A program made the translations under genes and the position numbers. From assembly GCA_946625055.1 (NCBI GenBank), contig CAMOSS010000003.1, forward strand, positions 1-37,152: a stretch of DNA of 37,152 bases. The letters run 5' to 3'. Each line of letters starts with the position of its first letter. Positions within the stretch are counted from its first letter, which is position 1. Below, in pieces: positions 27,035 through 36,014 of the stretch. The stretch is from an uncultured Bacillales bacterium (lineage in GTDB: Bacteria > Bacillota_I > Bacilli_A > RFN20 > CAG-826). The notes below the pieces were generated by a model. The model ran no database searches. It had not been told where the DNA came from and worked only from the letters and a program-made list of their open reading frames with translations.

Positions 27035-29452
27035 TTAAAACTTTTTGCTCGCATTAAACTTCTTTAAGCCTTTGATAGGATGCCCATTTGCGATATCAAG
27101 CATACCTTCCCCACCTAATGGAGGCATCGCTCCAGCTGAAGAGTTAACAATACTTCTAACACAGTTAGATGAAACTGATTTTTCAACCATGTTTCCTGTC
27201 ACTAAATATCTTTGACGTTTTCTTCCCTCTGGAAGATTAAATCCTTTATTTAACATCTTATAACCTGCTGCTCTGGCTTGGTTCTTTAAGATGCTTGAAA
27301 AGAATCCCTTCATCATGCACATAGGAACTTCTCTATCATAAGGTTTCTTATATCCTTTAAAGACTGGGATTTCTCTTCCTAGTAAAGCCGCAAAGTTTTC
27401 ATTTTTAATTTGATCTAATTTATCATGTTGATAATAGACGTCTAATAATGGATTAACTTCCTTTGGAAGTTTTTCACCTTTAATGTCAATCTTCGTCGAC
27501 TCCACTACCTCATTGACGTTCTTAGCAAGATAGATGATATATTCACCATCTTCTAAAACAAATCTATCAAGGTTGATATCAAAGATTTCTAATTGTTTTA
27601 ATGGAATCTCAATCGAAACTTCTTTTTCTTCATGAGCTTTGACTAAAACTTTTTCAAAGCCTTTTAATTCTTTCTTTGCTCTAAAGGTTGATGAAGCAGT
27701 CTTTCCAATATAAATTTGAGGAACATCTTTTGCATCCATATCTCCATCATTCTTAATTATGAAAGAAACAAGAAGACTATCTTTCTTCACTTCGACTTTT
27801 AGATTTTTGTAAATGAAGTTTGTATATGAAAGTCCATATCCAAATGGATATCTCACTCTCTTATCCATCGCATCGAAGTAGCGATAGCCAACATAGATCG
27901 ATTCTTTATAGACTTCGATTGGAGTTTTAATAAATTCTTTTGATGTTGGATGGTCTTCATAGTGATATGCCCATGTCTCCATCATTCTTCCAGAAGGAGC
28001 GACTTCACCAAAGAGAACCTTATATAAAGCTCTTCCACCTTCTTGGCCTGGAAGTCCAACATAAACAAGTCCAGAAACTTCATCGATATTTTCAAGTTCA
28101 ACTTGTGAACCACCAAAGAGGATTAAGACGACTGGCTTTCCAGTTTTCATTATTTTCTTCAATAGATGGAGTTGATTATCTGGAAGCCTCATATGAGGTC
28201 TATCAAAACCTTCAGATTCAAAGAAATCACTTTGCCCGAGGAAATATAAAATCGCATCATAATCTTGGGCATCCTCTAAAGCATAATATTCTAATTCTTC
28301 TTTAATAATCTCATCGTAATCATCGTATCCAAGTTCAGATCTATAATTCACTCCATATTCTTCAAAAGCCTCTTTTGGAGTAGTGAAATAATATGGGTTT
28401 AATAAAGATGATCCACCGCCTTGATAACGTGGTTCTTTAAAGTATTTACCAATGCATAAATACTTCTTTTCTTTAGATAAAGGTAGGATATTATCATTCT
28501 TTAAAAGAACGATTGATTCTAATGAGGCAACTTCAGCAAGTTGATCATGTTCTTCAAATATTTCTTCACCAGGTTTTTTGTTTTTATGGGTTTGCTCAAT
28601 GGCCTCTAAAATTCTTTTTACTGAGGCATCAATCATTTCAAGAGATATTCTACCTGCATTATAAGCTTCCACAATTTGGTCGATATTTTCTTGAATACAG
28701 CCAGGCATTTCTAAATCTGTTCCTGCAACTAAAGCGCGTTCTCTATCTAATAAACCGCCCCAATCTGTGACAGAAATGCCCTCAAATCCCCAATCTTTTC
28801 TTAAAATATCGAGTTGAAGATGGCTATTTTCAGAAGCAAATTGTCCGTTTATAGAATTGTAAGCAGTCATAATCATTCCTGGTTTTGCTTCCTTAACAAC
28901 ATCCATGAATGCACGAGTATAGATTTCTCTTAAGGCTCTTTCATCAACAATTGAGTCACCAACATATCTCCACTTTTCATTGTTGTTACAAGCAAAGTGT
29001 TTTGGAGTGGCAATAACGTTTTCACTTCTCACGCCTAAAACATAATTAACCGCTAAACGAGAGGTTAAAAATGGATCTTCAGAATAATATTCAAAATTTC
29101 TCCCGCATAACGGGTTCTTTTTAATGTTCATTGATGGGCCTAAAATTGCATCAACATCAAAGAATTTACATTCTCTTGCAATGGCTTTTCCAACTTGATT
29201 TAAGAGTTCTTTATTCCAAGACATCGCAAGGGTTGAACCAGTAGGAAAGGCAGTCGCAGGTAATGGATCGGAGACACCAAAATCCCCATTATCATTTGGG
29301 TCTAATCTTCTGACACCATTTGGGCCATCAGACATTCTAAATGCTTCGATTCCTAGTTCAGGAATTTCTTTTGTCTTCATCATTGAAGCACCAGAAAGCA
29401 AAGAAGCTTTTTGCTCAATGGTTAAAGTTTCTAATAGTTTCTTAATATCCAT
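27035..29452 (-). CDS. GH3 beta-glucosidase (cytoplasmic) with FnIII-like domain and C-terminal extension
   Basis: SDGPNGVR, GRNFEYYSEDP, KHF, nucleophile VTDWGG, SIVLLKND, ESEGFDR, YVGYRY, FGYGLSYT, ELKGFEKV; no signal peptide. Confidence 0.93.
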   Translation of the reverse strand: MDIKKLLETLTIEQKASLLSGASMMKTKEIPELGIEAFRMSDGPNGVRRLDPNDNGDFGVSDPLPATAFPTGSTLAMSWNKELLNQVGKAIARECKFFDVDAILGPSMNIKKNPLCGRNFEYYSEDPFLTSRLAVNYVLGVRSENVIATPKHFACNNNEKWRYVGDSIVDERALREIYTRAFMDVVKEAKPGMIMTAYNSINGQFASENSHLQLDILRKDWGFEGISVTDWGGLLDRERALVAGTDLEMPGCIQENIDQIVEAYNAGRISLEMIDASVKRILEAIEQTHKNKKPGEEIFEEHDQLAEVASLESIVLLKNDNILPLSKEKKYLCIGKYFKEPRYQGGGSSLLNPYYFTTPKEAFEEYGVNYRSELGYDDYDEIIKEELEYYALEDAQDYDAILYFLGQSDFFESEGFDRPHMRLPDNQLHLLKKIMKTGKPVVLILFGGSQVELENIDEVSGLVYVGLPGQEGGRALYKVLFGEVAPSGRMMETWAYHYEDHPTSKEFIKTPIEVYKESIYVGYRYFDAMDKRVRYPFGYGLSYTNFIYKNLKVEVKKDSLLVSFIIKNDGDMDAKDVPQIYIGKTASSTFRAKKELKGFEKVLVKAHEEKEVSIEIPLKQLEIFDINLDRFVLEDGEYIIYLAKNVNEVVESTKIDIKGEKLPKEVNPLLDVYYQHDKLDQIKNENFAALLGREIPVFKGYKKPYDREVPMCMMKGFFSSILKNQARAAGYKMLNKGFNLPEGRKRQRYLVTGNMVEKSVSSNCVRSIVNSSAGAMPPLGGEGMLDIANGHPIKGLKKFNASKKF

Positions 29453-29455
29453 AAA

Positions 29456-30409
29456 TTATTCAATTATTTCATCAATGATAAAGAATGGTCTATGTTGTAC
29501 TTCTTTCATCATCTTAGATTGATATTCCGCCATTAAGGATAATGAGCCCATAATAATCGTGGTCATAAGCACCAAAACAAAGATGATTAACCACATCCAA
29601 AGTCCAAATTCACCAATACCTCTAAAAGCGTTAGTCCAATGGAGAATCGCAAATGTTAATAAACTAACACCATTTAAGGCATTCAAACAAACCAATGCCA
29701 CTGTTAATTTAAGGATGAATCTTAATAAGTTTGGTGATGTTGAAGTGATAGAATCACTTGCGAGATCTAACATTGATTTATAGTTATAATGTGTTTCGCC
29801 AAATTCCCTTTCTGGTCTAGCATAATCCACAAAGGTGGTTTTAAAACCAACAAAAGGAACTTCAACGCGGAACACTCTTGTGATTTCACCAAGTTTTAAT
29901 ACTTCATCTAGCACTCTTCTTGAAACAAGTCTATAGTGTCCAACATCTTGTGGGACTTTAACTTTCCCAGAGTGTTTATGAATGAACTTATAAAATAATT
30001 GAGCAGTAGTCTTCTTCATGAAGGAATCTTTCTTTCTTTGTTTCCTTCTAGCGTTCACTACGTCATAGCCTTCTTCCCACTTTTCTAATAAAAGAGGAAT
30101 AACTTCTGGTGGATCTTGGAGATCTGCATCCATAGGAATAATTGCATCACCTTTTGCAACACTAAGTCCAGCAGCGACTGCTGGTTCATGTCCAAAGTTA
30201 CGTGATAAGTTAACAATTCTAATTTCTTTATGTTCTTTTTGAATGCCTTTTAAGATATCCAAAGTTTTATCTTTTGAACCATCATTGACCGCAACAATCT
30301 CAAATTGATATTGTTTTAAAGGTTCCAACACTTCATACAACTTTGAAAAGAAATGAGGAGCCATTGGTTCTTCATTATAAAAAGGAACAACGATTGATAC
30401 TAATTTCAT
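29456..30409 (-). CDS. GT2 polyprenyl-phosphate glycosyltransferase (GtrB/YkcC-like)
   Basis: SIVVPFYNEE, NDGSKD, SRNFG, MDADLQDPP, two C-terminal TM helices, EVQHRPFF; start ATG 30409 (GGAG and TGcTACAAT upstream). Confidence 0.9.
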   Translation of the reverse strand: MKLVSIVVPFYNEEPMAPHFFSKLYEVLEPLKQYQFEIVAVNDGSKDKTLDILKGIQKEHKEIRIVNLSRNFGHEPAVAAGLSVAKGDAIIPMDADLQDPPEVIPLLLEKWEEGYDVVNARRKQRKKDSFMKKTTAQLFYKFIHKHSGKVKVPQDVGHYRLVSRRVLDEVLKLGEITRVFRVEVPFVGFKTTFVDYARPEREFGETHYNYKSMLDLASDSITSTSPNLLRFILKLTVALVCLNALNGVSLLTFAILHWTNAFRGIGEFGLWMWLIIFVLVLMTTIIMGSLSLMAEYQSKMMKEVQHRPFFIIDEIIE

Positions 30410-30430
30410 ATAAGTCTCCATTGTAGCAAT

Positions 30431-30456
30431 ATAAAAGAGCCACTTTGTATGGCTCA
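30431..30456 (-). terminator. Intrinsic terminator after the secreted two-gene operon
   Basis: Minus strand GAGCCA-TACAAAG-TGGCTC then TTTTAT. Confidence 0.75.
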
Positions 30457-30497
30457 ATTATAAGTCAATTAATCAAATAATTAAATTATTTTGATAA

Positions 30498-33425
30498 TTA
30501 GCTAAGCTTTTCGCTCTTTGTGTTCATCGCTAATGAAGCGGTGTCATTAATAAGCGTATCGACAATTGCGATCTTATTATCTTCGGTCGCTTCTTTTTGA
30601 TGATCAGCAAGTGTTAAGTCTAAAGCAATCTTGATTGTAATACCAACTTTGATATCTAAGTTAGCCTTAAGACCTGTTAATTCATTTGTGGATAAATCAT
30701 CGTAAATCCATAAATCAACATCTTTAAGTTCTTTGGAATTTGCAAGAGCACCAACATCAGCAGAGATGAAGAAGAATTGATTATCCTTATCATATTTAAA
30801 ATTCTTCAAAATCTTTTCATAAGGAATTTGGTAATTTTCATCTTTGTTGTTTTCGCTCTTTTCCACACTGCCGGTGATTAAGTCACCTAAGGATAAGACA
30901 TCTTCAAGTAAGATGGTGAGGATGTTATCCATGAAGTAACCGGTGTCACATTTTTCAAGTAATGTGTAATTTCTACGGGTACCAAAGATCAATTTATCTT
31001 TAACTGATTCAGTACGTTTGATATAGAAGTTTCCATCAGAGTATACAAAGTATACACTTCTATTTTCTGCTGAATAGTAATTCTTATTTGGGTTAATTGC
31101 AATGCCTAATACCTTAACGATTGGGAAGTCATCAAATGAGACACCAACATCAACTTTGCCGTGATCATTTCTAATCTCAACAGTGAATGGAACTTCTTTG
31201 ATGTTATAAACTTTACCAGTGATTAAGGTAAATCCTAAGTCAACTTTAGAAGCAAACTTCCAATAGTTATATTTAGAAGAATTAAGTCCGAGTTGCAATA
31301 AGACTTTGATATCAGAGAAGTCTAAGAATTCATCATTGTTTGGATTTAATCTTTCTGATTCTTTTGAAGGATCAAATTCTTTGAGTTCAACTTTAAGGTT
31401 GACGTTTAAATCATCGAAGTTAAGATTTGAAATTTCTAATGAATGAATCGTGTGTTCATCATAAGTTAATTTGATATCAAGAGATGTTTCTTCTAATCCA
31501 ACGAGGGCCAAAGAGACTGTGAAACTGATTTCACCATCTTTAACTTGTAAGTTAGAGATAATGTGTAAGTTTGCAATCTTTTGATAATCACCATTAATGA
31601 TTTCCATGATAGGCATAACACTAGCTTGATCCATTAAAGAACCAAACAATTCATTAAAGTGTTCAGATGGTTCATCCATCACTTCTTTCACAACATCAAA
31701 GATGTCGATGAATGTTTGTGATTTGACTTTACCTTTCATTTGTTCGTTGTATGTGAATAAGATTTCATTCTTATCTTTCATATCAGCGACTAATCTATGA
31801 GAATAATTCTTTCTATCAACAATTTCAGCTTTACCATATCCGAATCCATCTTCGATATCGAATTGGAGACCACCACCAAGAGTGATATCGTTAACACCTT
31901 CTTTGGTGGAAGAAATTGTGCCATCGAATTCCACTCTGAATTGAGTGTCATCAACAAGTTCAGAAATCGCTAGGGCTAATGGGATCGCGTGCTCTAAAGC
32001 CACATATTGTTCTTTTTCAACGTTATATCTCACATAGTCTTTGAATGTGACAGTAGCAGAACCTTCATAATCATTAATACGAATGTTATTAAGTTCTAAA
32101 GATTCTAAACTTTCATTATTAAACTTAAGGGTAATGGTGAATGGAGAAACGGAATCAATACCAGCTTCACTTGGTTTAATATCCACTCCTAATTCTTCAC
32201 TTGTTAAGGTGATTTCTTGAATGGTGTTTGGTAATTTACCAAGGATTTCTAATAACTTAGCGGTATCCATGGTGCCCATTAATTTATCTAGGAGTTCTTT
32301 AATCTTTTCATTACCAATCTTATTCATTGTGAATTGAACAAGGTTAGAAACTGATTCAGTATCAATGGAGACTTTTAAGTCATGATAATGAGCATATAAA
32401 GTTTCTTCTAATAGATGAGCGTCAAAGCTATTCACTTGTTCGTCAACGGTGACATCACCAAAGATGGAGTAGGCTTTTTCATCAATGTCATAGGAGAGAT
32501 TGATAGATGTTGCGAGTAAGTTGCTCTTACTTTCAACTTCATTTTCATCTTTTGTGAATTTACTCAATTCAAGATCTAAACCAATAGTGTTTTGTCTCTT
32601 GCTTGTTAAGTTCAAGATATTGTTCACAATGTTTAATGCAGGAGCGAAGTCTTGATATTTATGAGCAATCTCAATATTTTCCATTGGAGAGACAAGATTA
32701 ATGTCTTGGACTCTATCAAGATTGACATCTAGTTTAAATAACATATCACCGTAACTAATCGTATCGGTTCTTAAACCTGTGAAGTTATATTCACTATCAG
32801 TCTTGATATAAAGTAATAAATCGTTATCTAATCCTAAAGGTTCAGATGCATTGAAGGTGAAGTAATATCCTTCTCCTTCTCTATCAGGTTCTTTCAAAGA
32901 AAGAATATAATCTTGTAAGGCATAGATATCTAAGTTTGTTAATTCCACTGGCATTTCAAAGTTCAAACCATGACTTGGAAGCATTTCGATAAAATCGAAG
33001 ACATTGTCAGTTTTTAATTTGAAATAGTTATTATTGAAATCAAAGAACACTGTGGAATCAAAATATCCAATTGAAGCATTGATATCGTTGCCGGATAAGT
33101 TCACATCGATATCACCTTCAAGTTTGATATCAGAAACGTCACTGGCGTCACCTTTTCCATCAAAGTCTAAAGCGATGTATTCACCAGATTGAAGTTTTGC
33201 TGAAACACTCGCATCGACATTAAATGTTTGAATGGATCCAAGAGAATCGAGTAATTTTTGTTGTGGGGTGTCAATATAAGGCGTTACTGTTGTTCCACCA
33301 TTATTTGATGTTGCTCCTTTATTTACGGTTTTCTTTTGGGCTTTATATTGAGAACCAAAAGCAATACCGAAGCTGGTTGAAAACATGAGTGTACAAACTA
33401 TTGCGCCTTTAAATATGTTTTTCAT
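30498..33425 (-). CDS. Large acidic secreted/anchored hypothetical protein with four tandem beta-rich domains
   Basis: N-terminal signal/anchor, T/N/G linker, then ~220-250-aa periodic motifs; GGAGG RBS 12 nt after the upstream stop. Confidence 0.75.
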   Translation of the reverse strand: MKNIFKGAIVCTLMFSTSFGIAFGSQYKAQKKTVNKGATSNNGGTTVTPYIDTPQQKLLDSLGSIQTFNVDASVSAKLQSGEYIALDFDGKGDASDVSDIKLEGDIDVNLSGNDINASIGYFDSTVFFDFNNNYFKLKTDNVFDFIEMLPSHGLNFEMPVELTNLDIYALQDYILSLKEPDREGEGYYFTFNASEPLGLDNDLLLYIKTDSEYNFTGLRTDTISYGDMLFKLDVNLDRVQDINLVSPMENIEIAHKYQDFAPALNIVNNILNLTSKRQNTIGLDLELSKFTKDENEVESKSNLLATSINLSYDIDEKAYSIFGDVTVDEQVNSFDAHLLEETLYAHYHDLKVSIDTESVSNLVQFTMNKIGNEKIKELLDKLMGTMDTAKLLEILGKLPNTIQEITLTSEELGVDIKPSEAGIDSVSPFTITLKFNNESLESLELNNIRINDYEGSATVTFKDYVRYNVEKEQYVALEHAIPLALAISELVDDTQFRVEFDGTISSTKEGVNDITLGGGLQFDIEDGFGYGKAEIVDRKNYSHRLVADMKDKNEILFTYNEQMKGKVKSQTFIDIFDVVKEVMDEPSEHFNELFGSLMDQASVMPIMEIINGDYQKIANLHIISNLQVKDGEISFTVSLALVGLEETSLDIKLTYDEHTIHSLEISNLNFDDLNVNLKVELKEFDPSKESERLNPNNDEFLDFSDIKVLLQLGLNSSKYNYWKFASKVDLGFTLITGKVYNIKEVPFTVEIRNDHGKVDVGVSFDDFPIVKVLGIAINPNKNYYSAENRSVYFVYSDGNFYIKRTESVKDKLIFGTRRNYTLLEKCDTGYFMDNILTILLEDVLSLGDLITGSVEKSENNKDENYQIPYEKILKNFKYDKDNQFFFISADVGALANSKELKDVDLWIYDDLSTNELTGLKANLDIKVGITIKIALDLTLADHQKEATEDNKIAIVDTLINDTASLAMNTKSEKLS

Positions 33426-33437
33426 AAATATTTCCTC

Positions 33438-34331
33438 CTATTTTTCGTAGACAGCGTCCTCAGTTAATTCTGGGATTTTCATATCTGTCTCATAAGTGTA
33501 AGTATCAACAAGATGTCCATTTGAATTATGTTTTCCAAACATGTAGACATCATAAGACTCATCGGCAGTTGAAGTTTTAATGTTTAATTCTTTATCCAAG
33601 ACATAAGTTAATTGGATGTGATGGAATATTGGTGGCTTTGGTAGATTTGATGTCATAGTCATTTGTTTTACATATCTCACCACTGAGGTTGTAACATCAA
33701 GTTCCACGCTGACTTCATAATCACCATTCACTTCTTTAGCTGTGCCATCGGTCACTGTCTTAGAAGAGATGATATAGATTGAACCTCTGTCGAGTGTTTT
33801 ACCCCATGTGTTTTCATAATCTTCTAAGCCATAATCCTTTTTGGAATCCTCTTTCCATTTCGCACTTTCGACTCCACTTAATGAACCGGAATATGTATTC
33901 ACCGTGTCATCATTTTGATAGAATCGCCAGGCGACTTTCACAAGTGAGGATTGAGATAAACTTTCTGAGAAATAATTATTTCCATCCTTAACAAAATTCG
34001 CTCTGATATCTTGCTTAATACCAGCCGCAAGAACTTCCCCTACTGTCACTTTGTGAATATTTTGATGTTCACCAAGTTTGTTAAGTGAGATGTTGATGAG
34101 TTCATGTGGTTGGAACGTTTTGAGATAGGAAGATGGAGAGGCTTTTTGATATCTTTTCATCAAAGCCTTTTGATCATCTTCAATCCCGTCTTGGTCCACT
34201 GCTGCGTAATCAACCTTTGGAACAAAGACCTCTTGTCCAAGGATGATGCCTCCAGCGATTCCAATTCCGACGAGCAGAACTCCGAAGATGGAAGTTAAAA
34301 TGTAAAATTTCTTAGTTAGCTTTTCTTTCAT
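33438..34331 (-). CDS. N-terminally anchored extracytoplasmic hypothetical protein, single beta-rich domain
   Basis: Basic N-terminus, TM ILTSIFGVLLVGIGIAGGIILG, then alternating beta-strand pattern; 297-aa ORF in an operon with the next gene. Confidence 0.75.
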   Translation of the reverse strand: MKEKLTKKFYILTSIFGVLLVGIGIAGGIILGQEVFVPKVDYAAVDQDGIEDDQKALMKRYQKASPSSYLKTFQPHELINISLNKLGEHQNIHKVTVGEVLAAGIKQDIRANFVKDGNNYFSESLSQSSLVKVAWRFYQNDDTVNTYSGSLSGVESAKWKEDSKKDYGLEDYENTWGKTLDRGSIYIISSKTVTDGTAKEVNGDYEVSVELDVTTSVVRYVKQMTMTSNLPKPPIFHHIQLTYVLDKELNIKTSTADESYDVYMFGKHNSNGHLVDTYTYETDMKIPELTEDAVYEK

Positions 34332-34533
34332 AACCGCTGACTATTTTAATTAAAATAAAGAAAAATCAACCCTATTTTTGAGTTTTTTCAAAATAGAGAA
34401 AGCGGTAAAACTCTCTTTAAAATAGAATAACTATGTTATTCTCTTATAAAATGACAAAAAATCTAAATAAAAATGTATTCTAAAAAATTTTAAAAAATCT
34501 CAAAATTCAGGTCTAAAAAACATAAAAAAATCA

Positions 34534-34568
34534 ATGATACACCACTGAGTTAGGTATATAATATACCT
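34534..34568 (+). promoter_or_regulatory. sigma-A promoter of the oxidoreductase operon overlapped by an 8-1-8 palindrome
   Basis: ATGATA, 17 bp, TATAAT (34557-34562) inside AGGTATAT-A-ATATACCT (34552-34568); AGGGG RBS follows. Confidence 0.65.
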
Positions 34569-34589
34569 CGTTGTTAGGGGAATATTAAT

Positions 34590-36011
34590 ATGAAATATGA
34601 TGTCATTATCGTGGGAGCCGGCCCAAGTGGTTATATGTGTGCCTACGAACTTTCTAATTTGAGAAAAGACCTCAAAATTCTCCTCTTAGATAGAGGCAGA
34701 AACATCTATGAAAGAAGATGCCCAGTCCTTGAACATAAACTCGATAAATGTCCAGTTAATCAAAAAGGATTTAGAGAATGTTATCCAGCTTGCTCCATCA
34801 CTTCTGGTTTTGGAGGTGCAGGTGCATACTCTGATGGTAAATTTAATATCACCACTGAATTCGGCGGATGGTTAACAGATTACATGTCTCCAGAAGAATT
34901 AATGGGGTTAATTAATTATGTTGATGATATTAATCTTTCCTTTGGAGCGACTAAAGTTTTAACAAACCCAGATACTCCAAAAGTTAAAGAGATTGAAAAA
35001 CGCGCGATGTCTGTCGGTGTCAAACTTTTAAGAAGTAAAGTGAGACATCTAGGAACAGAAGAAAACTTAAAAATCTTAACAAAGATTTATGAACATATCA
35101 AAGCCCAAAACGTCGAGATGAGATTCTCCACAAAAGTCACTGATCTCGTCATTAAAGATAATGAAATTAAAGGTGTTATCGTTGATGGAAAAGAAACCAT
35201 CGAAGCCGACTATGTCGTTTTAGGCGTTGGTAGAGAAGGTTCTAAATGGTTATCCGAATTATTTGATAAATACGGTGTTGCCATGTCGCAAACACAAGTT
35301 GACATAGGTGTCCGTGTCGAATGTCCAAATATGGTCATGGAAGAAATCAACGAAAGCCTTTACGAAGGTAAGTTCTTATATAAGACATCTGTTGGTTCCA
35401 CAGTCAGAACTTTCTGTTCAAATCCAGGTGGACATGTCGTAGTCGAAAACTATGAAGGAGTTATGAATGTTAATGGTCACTCCTATAACGATTCAAAACT
35501 TTCTTCTCCAAATACAAACTTTGCTTTGCTCGTCTCCCACCACTTCGATGAACCATTCAAGAAACCAAATGAATACGCGATTAAAGTTTCTTCTTTAGCC
35601 AACCAGCTTTCATGTGGTTCGGTCATCGTTCAAAGATATGGCGATATCAAACTTGGAAGAAGATCCACAGTAAAGAGAATCAAAGAAGGTTTCGTTGTTC
35701 CAACACTTAAAGAAGCTGTCCCTGGTGATTTAGCTCTTGCCCTTCCATATAAAACAATGAGATCCATCATTGAAATGATTGAAGTCTTAGATAAAATCAC
35801 TCCAGGTATCGCGACAGAACACACACTTCTTTACGGTATTGAAGCCAAATATTATAGCGCTCATCCAATCATGTCTAATGAATTAGAAGTTGAAGGCATT
35901 AATCATTTATATGTCGCTGGTGATGGCGCTGGTTTAACAAGAGGTTTAGCCCAAGCTGGTGCTTGTGGTGTCTATATTGCAAGAAATATTTTGAAGAAAA
36001 GAGGTAATTAA
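34590..36011 (+). CDS. Uncharacterised FAD/NAD(P)-dependent oxidoreductase (COG2509-like) with N-terminal four-Cys cluster
   Basis: VIIVGAGPSG, Cys cluster, GFGGAGAYSDGK, VDIGVRVE, VRTFCSNPGG, NGHS, NTNFALL, LYVAGDGAGLTRG. Confidence 0.88.
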   Translation: MKYDVIIVGAGPSGYMCAYELSNLRKDLKILLLDRGRNIYERRCPVLEHKLDKCPVNQKGFRECYPACSITSGFGGAGAYSDGKFNITTEFGGWLTDYMSPEELMGLINYVDDINLSFGATKVLTNPDTPKVKEIEKRAMSVGVKLLRSKVRHLGTEENLKILTKIYEHIKAQNVEMRFSTKVTDLVIKDNEIKGVIVDGKETIEADYVVLGVGREGSKWLSELFDKYGVAMSQTQVDIGVRVECPNMVMEEINESLYEGKFLYKTSVGSTVRTFCSNPGGHVVVENYEGVMNVNGHSYNDSKLSSPNTNFALLVSHHFDEPFKKPNEYAIKVSSLANQLSCGSVIVQRYGDIKLGRRSTVKRIKEGFVVPTLKEAVPGDLALALPYKTMRSIIEMIEVLDKITPGIATEHTLLYGIEAKYYSAHPIMSNELEVEGINHLYVAGDGAGLTRGLAQAGACGVYIARNILKKRGN

Positions 36012-36014
36012 ACT

